From positions 84,322,001 to 84,386,000 of the forward strand of contig NW_024704742.1 of assembly GCF_018977255.1 (NCBI RefSeq): a DNA stretch of 64,000 bases, written 5' to 3'. The notes under the pieces were generated by a model, which worked only from the letters and a program-made list of their open reading frames with translations, made no database searches and was not told where the DNA came from. Source of the stretch: Callorhinchus milii. Taxonomy: Eukaryota. How positions within the stretch are numbered: the stretch's first letter is position 1; the number at the start of each line of letters is the position of its first letter. Of the stretch, positions 11,918 to 24,269 are shown in pieces. The position numbers and the translations under genes are program-made.

Positions 11918-12620
11918 TATAGAATCATAGAATTGTACAGCACAGAAGGAGGCCATTCAACCCATCATGTTTGTGCCGGCTCTTTGAAGAGAGCTATCCA
12001 ATTCAATCCCACTCCCCCACGCTCTCCCCATAGCCCTGCAACCTTGTCCACCCCAAATAATTACCTACTTCTCTCTTAAAAGTTGTTATCGAATCAGCTT
12101 CCACCGCCTTTCAGGCAATGCATTCCAGATCCGGACAACTCGCTGTGTAAAATAAATTTCTCCTCACCTCTCCTCAATAGTTGTTTCTTTTAACAACTAT
12201 TTTAAATCAGTGTCCTCACGTTACTGACCCACCCGCCAGTGGAAATAGTTTCTCCGTGTTCACCCTATCGAATTCCCTCATAATTTTGAAAACTTTTATT
12301 AAGTCTCCTCTTAACTTCTCTGCTCCAAGGAGAATAACCCAAGCTTCTCTAGCCTCTCCTGATAACTGAAGTCCCTCATTCCTGGTACCATCCTGGTAAA
12401 TCTCCTTTGCATCCTCTCCAATGCCTTGACATCCTTCCTAAAGTGTGGTGCCCAGAACTGAACAGTCTCTAGCCTCTACCAAGGCCTAACCAGTGTTTTA
12501 TAAAGGTTCATCATACCTTCCTGACTTTTGTATTCTATGCGCCTACTTATAAAGCTTAGTATCCCATATGCTTTTTTTTAACAGCTTTATCGACCTGTCC
12601 TGTCACCTTCAAAGATTTAC
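11918..12620 (-). mobile_element. CR1 LINE 3' end
   Basis: ATAGAATCATAGAA tail repeat, GGAGGCCATTCAACCCATC tail motif, ORF2 C-terminal coding remnants on the minus strand. Confidence 0.9.
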
Positions 12621-12786
12621 TTATATGAACTGATATGAAGTTGTAAGTCATAGCTACTCACTTCTTTCTGAACCCATTGAATAACATCACCCAGCATATC
12701 AGGAACTATTCTACTATGAATCACACATTATGAGCAAAATGGAATCAACTAGATCAGGTCTATTTCTTTGTGTGGGAATGGTATAT

Positions 12787-13445
12787 AAGAACATAAGAAT
12801 TTGCTAGGCGAAAGAAGACCAAGGTCCATCTAGTTCACCTTTCAGCATCCTGCCAGTCGCTTGACATGTCGTGCCCCAAACTATATACTCTTTCCCGAGA
12901 TATTATTTTCTATCAGAAATCTATCTAATTTGTTATTGAAACAAGTGTTCCATAAGTTTACTACTCTCTCACTGAAGTAGTATTTCCACAGATTTTTTCT
13001 GAATTTACCCCCCTTCAATTGTAGGCCGTGTCCTCTGGTTCTACTGTTCAGTACAAGATAAATCAGCTTGTAATGGTCTACATTAGCTATTCCCTTCAGA
13101 ATCTTAAAGACCGTAATCACATTGACCCTCAACCTTCTCTTCTCCAGTGTGAAGATGCCCAATTTATCTAATTACTCCACATTGTCTAATGCCTCCATCA
13201 CCTCTATCATTTTGGTGGCCCTCATCTGTATCCTCTCAATCGCTGAAATATCTTTTTTATATTGTGGTGACCAGAACTGCACACAGTATTCCAAGTATGG
13301 TCGCACCAGTGATTTGTAAAGTGGCAGAAATGCCCTACTATTTCGGCTCAATATTGCCCTTTTAATACAGCCTAGCATCTGGTTTGCCTTACTCACTGCT
13401 ACCAAGCACTGTTGGGATAGCTTCATTTTATTAGCAATCAGATAA
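12787..13445 (-). mobile_element. CR1 LINE 3' end (second subfamily)
   Basis: TAAGAACATAAGAA tail. LYKSLVRPYLEYCVQFWSP and RRLR...VFKILKG on the minus strand. Confidence 0.92.
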
Positions 13446-13597
13446 ATTTATCTTATCATTTATTCATATTTGCTTGTGACTCATAACATCAGTATTTTAT
13501 TATATACATCCACAGAATATTTTGCAATGAAAGAGATAGTGGATTGCATAACTTGATTTCACTGAGTTTGGGTCATGTTTATTTTTATCATCTAATA

Positions 13598-13790
13598 TCT
13601 TTGGATGAGACATTAGGCTGAGATCCTGTCTGCCTGTTCAGGGAGATATGAAAATCCTGTAGCACTGTTTGAAAAAAGAAAGAAGTTCCTTCCAGTGCCC
13701 TGGCCAACAGCCCTGTAAATTAAATTGGACTTTCACTTCATGACTGTTTATGGGACATTTGCTGTGTGCAAATTTGCAGCTACATTTACC
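13598..13790 (+). mobile_element. Deu-domain SINE fragment
   Basis: GGATGAGACATTA..CTGAG.TCC...ATCC.GTAGCACT...CCTGGCCAAC matches the Deu domain of DeuSINEs (AmnSINE1/SacSINE1 type). Confidence 0.75.
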
Positions 13791-14672
13791 TTTTTTTGGT
13801 CTGACACATGCAAAAAATGTATCACCACGCTTAAGAGTATCGAAACCAAGCTAGAATTCCCAAACATCCAACTTACACATAAAATTCCTGAGATAAATTG
13901 TTGGAATGGAATTCACACTCTCTCTGAAAGGGATGCATCCTGCTTATCTAATTCCAGAAAATATTAGGTGCAGGTTGGCAAGAGCCAAGGCTTGAGGAGT
14001 GTGTGCTGGAGTACTGCTGGAGTCAAACCAGCTGAAACCGCATAACTTGCCAATGATATCGCTGTCTTGCAAGCTTTCCCTCAGCTTGTCCAGCTAGGAC
14101 CACCCTACCCTTTAGGGCTTTGGCTTGTAGCTTTAACAAGAGCTATTGTGGGATGATTCCCTCCCCCAGTGACTGGTCTGCCCTTCCAGGTCCTGCCGAC
14201 GAGCCAGGGTGGCTGTGCTGCCATCAGCAGTGCCCTGGAGTACTGCGGACCCGCCCGGCTCAGGAGCCGGGTTACCCGGACCACCACAGAGGGCTGACTG
14301 GATTCCCATGTTCAGTTGCCGAGCCTGTCATGGTTTGAGCCGGTTAGACTCCAGCGGTATCCCAATGCACACTCTGGGGTCCCCGAGCCTTGGCTCTTTG
14401 CCACGTGTACGTCCGATGGAGTTTGGTTTGAATACTCTTAAGCACGGGGACGGGTTTCCACACGCGTTCTCTTCGCCCGTGCCCTCAGCTCCCCTCTCGA
14501 CTCTCTACCCCCTCCTCGCTCCCTCCCTCCCCTCCCCCTGACCATTTCCCCCCCAAGGCTCGGGTCCCGACCCAACTGTGCAGCGCCTCGGGACGTCCTC
14601 CCGACGTGAAAGGCGCTCTATAAATGGAATCTCGTTGTTGTTGTTGTCAGACACTCGGCTGACACCACAAAA
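13791..14672. repeat. Family X fold-back: - copy (13791-14352) joined to + partial copy (14338-14672) that is interrupted by an L2 tail
   Basis: 13974-14032 is near reverse-complementary to 14338-14403, and 13825-13850 to 14422-14446. The X end motif GTCAGACACTCGGCTGAC resumes at 14646. Confidence 0.8.
14470..14646 (+). mobile_element. Young L2 3' tail
   Basis: Near-identical to tails at 39490-39657, 45661-45830 and 62720-62980. Confidence 0.9.
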
Positions 14673-14825
14673 ATCGCTCCGGGTCGGGGGGTTGACTTCC
14701 AGTCCGGGTTTCGCTCCTCTCCCGCGGGTGGCGCTCTGCTCTGCGCTGCTGCTCCGCTCGCGCTCGGCGCTCCGGGCCGGGTGTTGTGGCGGCGGCTGTG
14801 ACCTCACATCCGGCGCGGTCGGACA

Positions 14826-14837
14826 CAAGATGGCGGC
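14826..14837 (+). promoter_or_regulatory. YY1 motif CAAGATGGCGGC
   Basis: Exact match to the canonical YY1 site, in the orientation usual just downstream of housekeeping TSSs. Confidence 0.75.
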
Positions 14838-15042
14838 CGCGTCACAGACACGGAGTCTGAGCGCGAGCAACGGCGAGTCAGAGCGCGCGGCGCCGGCAGC
14901 CGCTCACTGACACCCAGACGGCAGCCCTGCGCCCCGCCTCACCCTCTCACTCACCCACTCACCCTCTCACTCCCCCTCTCACTCCCTCCCCCTCCCTCTG
15001 CCTCTCACTCCCTCTCACTCCCTCCCTCCCGGCCATCCCGGG

Positions 15043-15183
15043 ATGTATTTCCTCAGCGGGTGGCCGCGCCGCCTCCTCTGTCCCCTCAGGGGCTCCGAGA
15101 GGCCCTTCCACCTCCAGCCCGACTCCCGGAGGCTCCTCTTCGCCCTCGTGTCGCCGAGTCAGCTCAGCCTGTGGTACAGCCGG
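15043..15183 (+). CDS. RIC1: RIC1 coding exon 1 (47 codons)
   Basis: Translates MYFLSGWPRRLLCPLRGSERPFHLQPDSRRLLFALVSPSQLSLWYSR, matching the RIC1 N-terminus as I recall it (MYFLSGWPKRLLCP...LSIWYSR). Ends in CGG|GTAAGT, phase 0, inside a CpG island. Confidence 0.97.
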
Positions 15184-15191
15184 GTAAGTGC

Positions 15192-18040
15192 CGTCACTCC
15201 AGCCACACAGTCACTACAGTCACACAGTCACTACAGTCACTACAGCCTCCAGTCACTACAGTCACTACAGCCTCCAGTCACTCCAGTCACTACAGCCTCC
15301 AGTCACTACAGCCACAGTCACTACAGCCACTACAGCCTCCAGTCACTACAGTCACACAGTCACTACAGCCTCCAGTCACTACAACCACACAGTCACTACA
15401 GTCACTACAGCCTCCAGTCACTACAGTCACTACAGCCTCCAGTCACTACAGTCACTACAGCCACACAGTCACTACAGTCACTACAGCCACACAGTCACTA
15501 CAGTCACTACAGCCTCCAGTCACTACAGCCACACAGTCACTACAGTCACTACACCCACTGTCACTACAGTCACTACACCCACAGTCACTACACACACAGT
15601 CACTACAGTCACTACACACACAGTCACTACAGTCACACAGTCACTACAGTCACTACAGCCACACAGTCACTACAGTCACTACAGCCACACAGTCACTACA
15701 GTCACTACAGCCTCCAGTCACTACAGCCACACAGTCACTACAGTCACTACAACCACACAGTCACTACAGTCACTACAACCTCCAGTCACTACAGTCACTA
15801 CAGCCACACAGTCACTACAGTCACTACAGCCACACAGTCACTACAGTCACTACAGCCTCCAGTCACTACAGTCACTACAGCCTCCAGTCACTACAGCCAC
15901 ACAGTCACTACAGCCACTACAGCCTCCAGTCACTACAGCCTCCAGTCACTACAGTCACACAGTCACTACAGTCACTACAGCCTCCAGTCACTACAGTCAC
16001 TACAGCCTCCAGTCACTACAGTCACTCCAGTCACTACAGCCACACAGTCACTACAGCCACTACAGCCTCCAGTCACTACAGTCACACAGTCACTACAGCC
16101 TCCAGTCACTACAGCCACACAGTCACTACAGCCTCCAGTCACTACAGTCACACAGTCACACAGTCACTACAGCCTCCAGTCACTACAGCCACACAGTCAC
16201 TACAGCCATACAGTCACTACAGTCACACAGTCACTACAGCCTCCAGTCACTACAGCCACACAGTCACTACAGCCACACAGTCACTACAGCCTCCAGTCAC
16301 TACAGCCACACAGTCACTACAGACTACAGTCACTACAGCCACACAGTCACTACAGACTACAGTCACACAGTCACTACAGCCTCCAGTCACTACAGCCACA
16401 CAGTCACTACAGCCACACAGTCACTACAGCCTCCAGTCACTACAGCCTCCAGTCACTACAGCCACTCCAGCCTCCAGTCACTACAGCCACACAGTCACTA
16501 CAGCCACACAGTCACTACAGTCACTACAGCCTCCAGTCACTACAGCCACACAGTCACTACAGCCATACAGTCACTACAGTCACACAGTCACTACAGCCTC
16601 CAGTCACTACAGCCACACAGTCACTACAGCCACACAGTCACTACAGCCACACAGTCACTACAGCCTCCAGTCACTACAGACTACAGTCACTACAGCCACA
16701 CAGTCACTACAGACTACAGTCACACAGTCACTACAGCCTCCAGTCACTACAGCCACACAGTCACTACAGCCACACAGTCACTACAGCCTCCAGTCACTAC
16801 AGCCTCCAGTCACTACAGCCACTCCAGCCTCCAGTCACTACAGCCACACAGTCACTACAGCCACAGAGTCACTACAGCCACACAGTCACTACAGCCACAC
16901 AATCACTACAGCCACACAGTCACTGTAGCCTCCAGTCACTACAGCCACACAGTCACTACAGCCTCCAGTCACTACAGCCACACAGTCACTACAGCCACAC
17001 AGTCACTACAGCCTCCAGTCACTACAGCCACAGTCACTACAGCCTCCGGCCACACAGTCACTCCAGCCACACAGTCACTACAGTCACTACAGCCTCCAGT
17101 CACTACAGCCACACAGTCACTACAGCCACACAGTCACTACAGCCTCCAGTCACTACAGCCACACAGTCACTACAGCCACACAGTCAGTACAGCCTCCAGT
17201 CACTACAGCCACAGAGTCACTACAGCCACAGAGTCACTACAGCCACACAGTCACTACAGCCACATCCACTACAGCCACACAGTCACTACAGCCTCCAGCT
17301 ACACAGTCACTCCAGCCTCCAGTCACTACAGCCACACAGTCACTACAGCCTCCGGCCACACAGTCACTCCAGCCACACAGTCACTACAGTCACTACAGCC
17401 TCCAGTCACTACAGCCACACAGTCACTACAGCCTCCAGCCACACAGTCTCTACAGCCACACAGTCACTGCAGCCTCCAGCCACACAGTCACTACAGCCAC
17501 ACAGTCACTACAGCCTCCAGCCACCCAGTCACTGCAGCCACACAGTTACTACAGCCACACAATCATTCCAGCCTCCAGCCACACAGTCACTACAACCTCC
17601 AGCCACACAGTCACTTCAGCCACACAGTCACTTCAGCCACACAGTCACTTCAGCCACACAGTCACTACAGCCTCCAGCCACACAGTCACTACAGCCACAC
17701 AGTCATTCCAGCCACACAGTCATTCCAGCCACACAGTCACTACAGCCACACAGTCACTACAGCCACACAGTCACTACAGCCACACAGTCACTACAGCCAC
17801 ACCGTCATTACAGCCTCCAGCCACACCGTCATTACAGCCTCCAGCCACACAGTCACTACAGCCACACAGTCACTACAGCCACACAGTCACTACAGCCACA
17901 CAGTCACTATAGCCACACAGTCACTACAGCCACACAGTCACCAGAGTCTCCACTGCCACACAGTCTCCACTTCCACCAAAGCCCCACAGTTACTACAGTC
18001 ACTACAGCCCCACAGTCACTACAGCCATCCAGTCACACAG
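15192..18040 (+). repeat. Intronic minisatellite built from CAGTCACTA / CAGCCACA / CAGCCTC units
   Basis: Directly visible ~2.85-kb tandem array that degenerates toward its 3' end. Confidence 0.98.
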
Positions 18041-19560
18041 GCGGCGTCTCAGAGCGCTTAACAGTGGTGGAGCCCAAGGCCGAGCCTGGGGTATGGGGAA
18101 GGTGATGGTAGAATCGGTTGAAAACAAAGGTTGTAAGGCGCGACCTGAAGGAGGGGGTGAGGCAAAGGGCTTGATGGAGGGGGTTCCAAAGTTTTGTGGC
18201 ATAATGGTTGAGGGCACGGCCTTGGATGGTGAAGCGGATGATTCAGGGGATGCGGAGGAGGCCGGACCCAGTAGAGCGGAGCCAGCGGGTACTGCTGTGG
18301 GGAGAGAGGAGGTTAGAGAGATAGGGGGGTGCCAAGGAATGGAGGGATTTAAACACTAGACTGAGGATCTTGAAGTTGATCGGCTCTGTGACAGGGAGAC
18401 AGTGGAGATTGGCAAGGACTGGGGTAATCGGGGTACGAAGTTTGGTGCGGGTGAGAATGCCGGATGGCGGATTGCCGATTGAGCTGGATTTGAGGGGAGA
18501 AAGATGAGGAGGGCGTTAGAGTAATCCAGCCGAGAGGTGACAAAGGCGAGGACAAGGGTTTCAGCAGCTTTTGGGGGTGAGGTATTATTGGAGATAGGCA
18601 ATTTGGTGGAGGTGGAAGAAAGCGGTGGTGGTCAGGGACTGAATGTGGGGGAGGAAGGATAACTGGGGATCGAACCTGACGCCTAAGTTGCATACGGGTT
18701 CAGGGAGTCTTATGGTCAGGTCGGGGAGGTTGAGGAGGTCAGATTCGTGGGACAGAAGACGTTGGCGGGAGACAAAGAGTATGGCTTCCGTCTTGTTGAC
18801 GTTTAACTACAGGAAATTTGCGCTCATCCAGCTTCTGATGTCTGACAGACAAGCTGACAGAATATCGGGGCACTGAGAGTCGCAGCTGGAGGTGGATAAG
18901 TAGAGTTGAGTGTCATCCGCATACGTGTGGAAGTTTACCCCGTGTCTGCGGATGACATCACCGAGAGGGAGCATATGGATGAGGAAGAGAAGGGGGGTCA
19001 AGGATGGATCCTTTGGGTACCCCGCAAGTGATCAGATGGAAGTGCAAAGAAAAGCTATTTGCAGAAATGTAATGCTGGCGGTTTGTGAGGTAGGACTCGA
19101 AGGTTTGAGATAGGGTGGTAGTGGCCGAGATTGGAGGAATCGAGGGTAGGTTTTTTAAGGAGGGTGGGGATGACCGCGGTTTTGAGGGCGAGTGGGACTG
19201 ATCCTGAGGAGAGAGACTGGTTAATAGTGTCTGTGTCTGTAGTGTCTGTAACACTGACCTGAAGCAGACCGGAGCCCACTGAGCAGAGGGAGCGGGCAGG
19301 TTGGTAGGGGGTTAGGAGGTTGTAGAGGCAGGGGAAGTAAGGCCATGGAGGGTTTTGAAGGGTAGAACCGGGATCTTGAACTGTATCCTCTGTGTGATGG
19401 GAAGCCAGTGGAGTCGGGCGAGGATGGGGATGATAAGGTCACAGAGCCTGGTGCTGGAGAGGACACAGGCTGCAGAGTTCTGGTTGATCTGCAGCCTATG
19501 GAGGGAGTTGTTGGGGAGGCTGACAAGCAAGGAGGTTGCGTGGTCGAGCCTCGATGTTAT
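18041..19560 (-). mobile_element. Cluster of L2 fragments
   Basis: [40 protein letters not shown] on the minus strand. Rearranged pieces. Confidence 0.9.
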
Positions 19561-19894
19561 GAATACCTCTTCCTTCCATTCACACACTTCTAGTCCTTCT
19601 ATTAAATACAATGATTATTATTGCATTATTAGATACATCTTTTGTACTTGTGCAGTAAGCGCTCTGAGACGCCTGTGGAGGGTGCTATATAAATCCAAGT
19701 TGTTGTTGTTATTCACCTCTGATAGCTTTCTGAGCCCGCTGTGGAATTGCAATATTTTTCAGTGAAAGTAGTGGTGTTTTCTGTTTGTTGCTTCTCTACT
19801 TTTGTAAGATAATTCTGCAAGCAGTTAATATGTAGGTATCCAATGTTGTGTGGTCACTTATGAGTACTGACGTAAACAATCAGTCTTATCCAAT

Positions 19895-20142
19895 CTTCAG
19901 GCGTGACCTGAAGATGGGGAAGGAGGGGTCGGGTGAAGGGGTTGAGGGAGTGAGTTCCAAAGTTTTGGGGCATAGTGGTTGAAGGCACAGCTGCCGATGG
20001 TGGAGCGAAGGATTCGGGCGACACGGAGGAGGCCGGATCCAGTAGAGCGGAGTTAGCGGATAATGTTGTGGGGAGGAAGGAGGTTAGAGAGATAGAGGGG
20101 CGTCAAGGAACGGAGGGATTTAAACACTAGACTGAGGATCTG
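19895..20142 (-). mobile_element. L2 3' fragment, same subfamily as 18135-18372
   Basis: Shares GGAGGTTAGAGAGATAG...GGAGGGATTTAAACACTAGACTGAGGATCT. Confidence 0.85.
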
Positions 20143-20234
20143 GAATATATTTGATCCAAATGTGTTGATTTGCTCCTCATTTCGTTTTTTTTTACATAGC
20201 TGATTGCATGCATCACTTTTAGCTTTCTACTGTC

Positions 20235-21700
20235 CTTATCCATGCGTTTGTCACCTTTTGTCTTGATTTTTCCTCTTCGCTGGTCTCCCCAACTACACTA
20301 TTCATAAAATCCAATTAATTCAAACCTGTATCTTCATCCATACTAACCCCCCCCCCACCCAATCACCCAGTCTTTGCCGGGCTCTACTGGCTCCCTATTG
20401 CAGAATGAATCAATTTTCAAGATCCTCAAATTCGAGTACAAATCATTTAATGCCCTGGCATTTCTCTGCCTCTATGACCTATTATACCCAACTCCTCTAC
20501 CAATCTCTTTCATTCCTCTGGCCTCCTGCCCGTCCATCATCCCCTGTGCTCCTCCGTCGGCGCTGCACTTTCAGCCATTGCGCCCCAAGATTCTGGCACT
20601 CTCTGCCTCACTCCCTCTGCCTTGTTCACTCCTCGTCTGTCTTCAGGTCACACCCGAAGACCTTCCTCTTCAACCATGCCTACGGTCACCTCCCCCGCTC
20701 TCTGCCTTGTGATAGAGCTCCACCACTGTTAAGTGTAACAAGATGCTACCCCAAGTGATGGGTGTTATATGATATCAAGTTGTTATTGTTATACTGCTCA
20801 TTATTGACAAGACTGAGGCTTTCCTGATTTGGCTTCTCATCTCAGGCACTAATTGCATCAACTTGCGTTGGTGCCCTTAATAATAATAATAATAATACCT
20901 GCTTTGGTATAGCACCTTTCGGGTCAGGAGGATCTCTCAAAGCGCTCCATAGGATATGCTGTAAAGTGTAGTGATTTTTTTATGGGCAAACATGGCAGAC
21001 AGTTTGTGCACAGCAATGTCACACACAGTCATTGAAATGAATGACCAATTTTATTTGGGGGATTGTTGGTCATGACTCCGGTTGAAAGTCTGGTTCAAGT
21101 CGTGCATTCAGGCTCACAAGCTCTGTTTTCACTCACCTCCACAACGTCACCTACCTCTGCCACTACTTCTTCCCCCACCCACAGGTTGTATTGTCTACCC
21201 TTTCATCACTTCCACGCTCAATTACTCCCAAAGCCTTGCTTGCCAGACTTGCTTTCCTCACCTCCCTCACATTGCCTGCCTCTGACCAAACCTCAGCCCC
21301 AAGGTGTAGAAGATCCAGAACTCCCATCTTGTGCCCACTCTCGCACAAAGCTCCATAAGCTTGTCATCCTTGCTCAGCTCCACTGGCTCACCATCCCCAC
21401 ATGGATTGTATCCAGGATTCTCATTCTGACCTTCAAATGCCTCTATGGCTTTGCCCCATCCAACCTCCTGCAACACCAGCCTACTTCACATAGTCCTCCC
21501 CACCACTGGTGAGCAAGCCTTTAGCCATTCTGGTCCTGCTCTCTGGACCCCGTCCTGGAGTCCCTCTACTATCCCTCCACCCTCCTTCAAACGATCGTGC
21601 TTTCAGCCACCATTTTTGTCTTCCAGTCAGTTGTGTGAAGCACTTTGAGACGTCCTCCCAATGTGAAGAATGCTATACAAATATTAATTATTGTAAATTA
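20235..21700 (+). mobile_element. Two old L2 3' fragments (20235-20790, 21080-21700) with a - strand SINE tail between them
   Basis: VHAFVT/LHWL/FKIL remnants and L2 tails. (AAT)n plus reversed SINE tail at 20880-21065. Confidence 0.75.
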
Positions 21701-22284
21701 TGGTTGCTTTGATTAGGTTACTGAAATTTAACCTGTTGCTGTTGCAATGTAACTGTAGAACAGTTTCTAAATAATTATTTAAATGTAAGGTTTACTTATG
21801 GCCTTTGCTGTTACTGTGAGTTTAGGATTGTCAAGCTAAGGACTGTTCTATCCTTCACATAAAAGAAGAGACTGATTTTGTGCTTGGAAATAAGTCAAGA
21901 TTTTGGTAGTATTTCGGTACTTGGGCATATGATCTGATCATATAATCCTTGCATAGACTGAAATCATATCATATGCTTCACAAGCAATTTCTATTGCATG
22001 GTAATGAACTATGGTATTATGTGATATCTATGTAATTTTATGTAATATGATTAAAGAAAGGCTGTATTGCCAAAGATCGATAACTTGGAAGTTATGGATG
22101 AAGCAGAAAGCACCAATTTATTTAAGAGGAAACTTGATGTTTACATGAGGGAGAAGGGAATAGACGAATATCGGAAATGAGATTAGGAGGGATGGAGGCT
22201 CATATGTGGCATAAACACTGCCATGAAGTAGTTGTGCTGAATGGCCTATTTCTGCGCTGTAACATTCTGTAACCTTCTGTGTGT

Positions 22285-22610
22285 TTGTAGGAAACATCGC
22301 AGCCAATGTTCTACAAACCGCCTACAATGAGTGACCAATTTGCTTTACAAAATTGTCAGTAGGGACAATAGTCAAATTCCCTTTTTTCAAATAACAGCTA
22401 GGGATATTTCTTTCCACCTGAATAGTCAGTTGGTATGTCATCCCATTTAAAATCCGATTTGAACGAAGACATTATCAACATTGCAGCAGTACCATAGTAC
22501 TGTACTGGAGGTTTATCCTCAATTGAGTTCAAAAGCCTAACGTGATGCTTGATTCCCATAATGTTGTGACCCAGAAGCAAGAGAGCTTCCACCTGAGGCA
22601 TACTGACATC
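22285..22610 (-). mobile_element. Old Deu-domain SINE
   Basis: Degenerate reverse complement of the copy at 61993. Confidence 0.55.
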
Positions 22611-23477
22611 TAATTGGTTGTCTCAAATGTGATGTGAGTGGCTTATTCTCCAAAAACTGCTGGTCAGTGATGCGAGCAGTGTATTAAAAACATTCTCTGA
22701 GAACGTTTTCCATTTGTTTCGTGGAATGATACATGCACGATTAATCTTCCTAACACTGGTTGCCTGAGCTAATGCATGATTCTATCCTCAAGAGGTTGCT
22801 GGATCACTTGTGGGAAATGCAAAACATAGCTGGGGTGCCATATATTTATACTCCTGTAACACTCATGCGACCTTGTTTTAAGTGGTGCAAGCTTGAGGAA
22901 AAATATCTAGTTACCTTGACATATGCCTATCTTATCAGTGGGACAAGAAAATATCCACATATTTGTTGTGGAAAGATTCATTAATCATAGCTTTTGTAAC
23001 TTCGATATGTGTGGGGACCAGCAGTCAGAAATTCTGCATAGTTATGAATTGACATATATCAAAGGCCAGGGTGACCGGAGTTTCCTTCGGTCACTATTCC
23101 AGTTTCTTGGAAATCTGAAATGATATTGGCATTTGAGCAGAGTTCTGAAAGATTTAATTTGCCACGTACAACATGCAGCATTTGTTGCTTACAATTCCTT
23201 TGTGGTTCATGAATTAGACCCTAGTGTTTTCTATTAGCAAATCATTTGACAAATTAAAAAGTTATCTATTTTGTCTATGAAGTACAGGTCTTTAGATTTA
23301 AAATATTTGAGACAAAATATTGCAGATGATACAAAACTTAACCTGAAATAACAAGAAATGCACAGCAGGACAACAAACTATCCTTAGAAAAAAGGTTTAT
23401 GTTTTGTGTGTGTCTCTCCATCATAATTCAACCATTTGTGGATGTGGTTCTGTACTTGAATGTCCCTGTTCACTTGA

Positions 23478-23765
23478 TAGCAAGTTGGGGGGACTGTGGA
23501 TTCAGAAGAGGCAGCGAAGGTCCTACAAAGAGAGCTTGATAGGGTATGCATGTGGGCCAATAACTGTCAAATTAAGTTTAACACCAATAAATGCAAGGTA
23601 TTGCATATAGGATCCAAGAATTGGGAATACAAGTACTCTGTGAATGGGATTGAATTTGCCAAGGGAGAAGCTGAAAGAGATCCAGGGGTGTTAGTTGATT
23701 TGTTGTTCATTATGTCAAACAATGTGAGGCAACAATAAACAAGGCAAACAGGCTCCTGGGCTATT
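23478..23765 (+). mobile_element. CR1 RT C-terminal fragment
   Basis: KLGGTVDSEEAAKVLQRELDRVCMWANNCQIKFNTNKCKVLHIG. Confidence 0.88.
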
Positions 23766-24269
23766 TGTAGCGTATTGGTTAGAGCACTCTAAAGATTCGG
23801 TGAAAACAATTGTGCAACTACGAGTTCTGCCCGCAAATGTGCATTTGTCAAGAGAGATCTGTATTTCCCTTTGGTGAAACTCATCACAGAAAATGTTGAT
23901 TCACAGATATTTAGATCCGGCTACTGAAAAGAGTTTCACTGCAATTATTTTTACTCAAGAGGAGTATTATTTTAGATGATTATTTCAACTGAATATTTGA
24001 ACAGGCTGATTAGAGAAACTTTTTATCTCATACATATAACACATCTAAATAGCCATGCACATGTCTCTGTAAGCAAATTGTCAGAGGGAATTATCTGAGA
24101 TGCATGCTTCCGCTGAAGCCACGATGTCTGTGAGCTACACCGAGATCCTTCATGAGTCAGATATGGCCTGTGGCTCTATGGTTTGACAACGCTGTCCTAG
24201 CGAGAGGGAGAAAAGATTGAAACAGTGACTTATTGTACCACAAAGTTATTTCTTAACTGAATTCAGGCA

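Larger units (their letters stand above)
14670..15190 (+). promoter_or_regulatory. CpG-island promoter / 5' UTR of RIC1
   Basis: The strongest GC- and CpG-rich non-repeat stretch in the window, directly upstream of and overlapping exon 1. Contains ETS-type ACATCCGG at 14806-14813 and a CT-rich tract at 14935-15030. No TATA box seen. Confidence 0.88.

Noticed and set aside
1..13700. Exons of an upstream neighbour gene (mammalian neighbours include PDCD1LG2/CD274)
   Set aside because: No recognisable Ig-domain or other host coding exon. Short diverged exons could have been missed without a homology search.
15060..18061. 622-aa and 957-aa Thr/Ser/His-rich ORFs that look mucin-like
   Set aside because: They are alternative frames of a tandem repeat whose units lack stop codons. 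There is no signal peptide or unique domain, and the true exon ends at a consensus donor at 15183.
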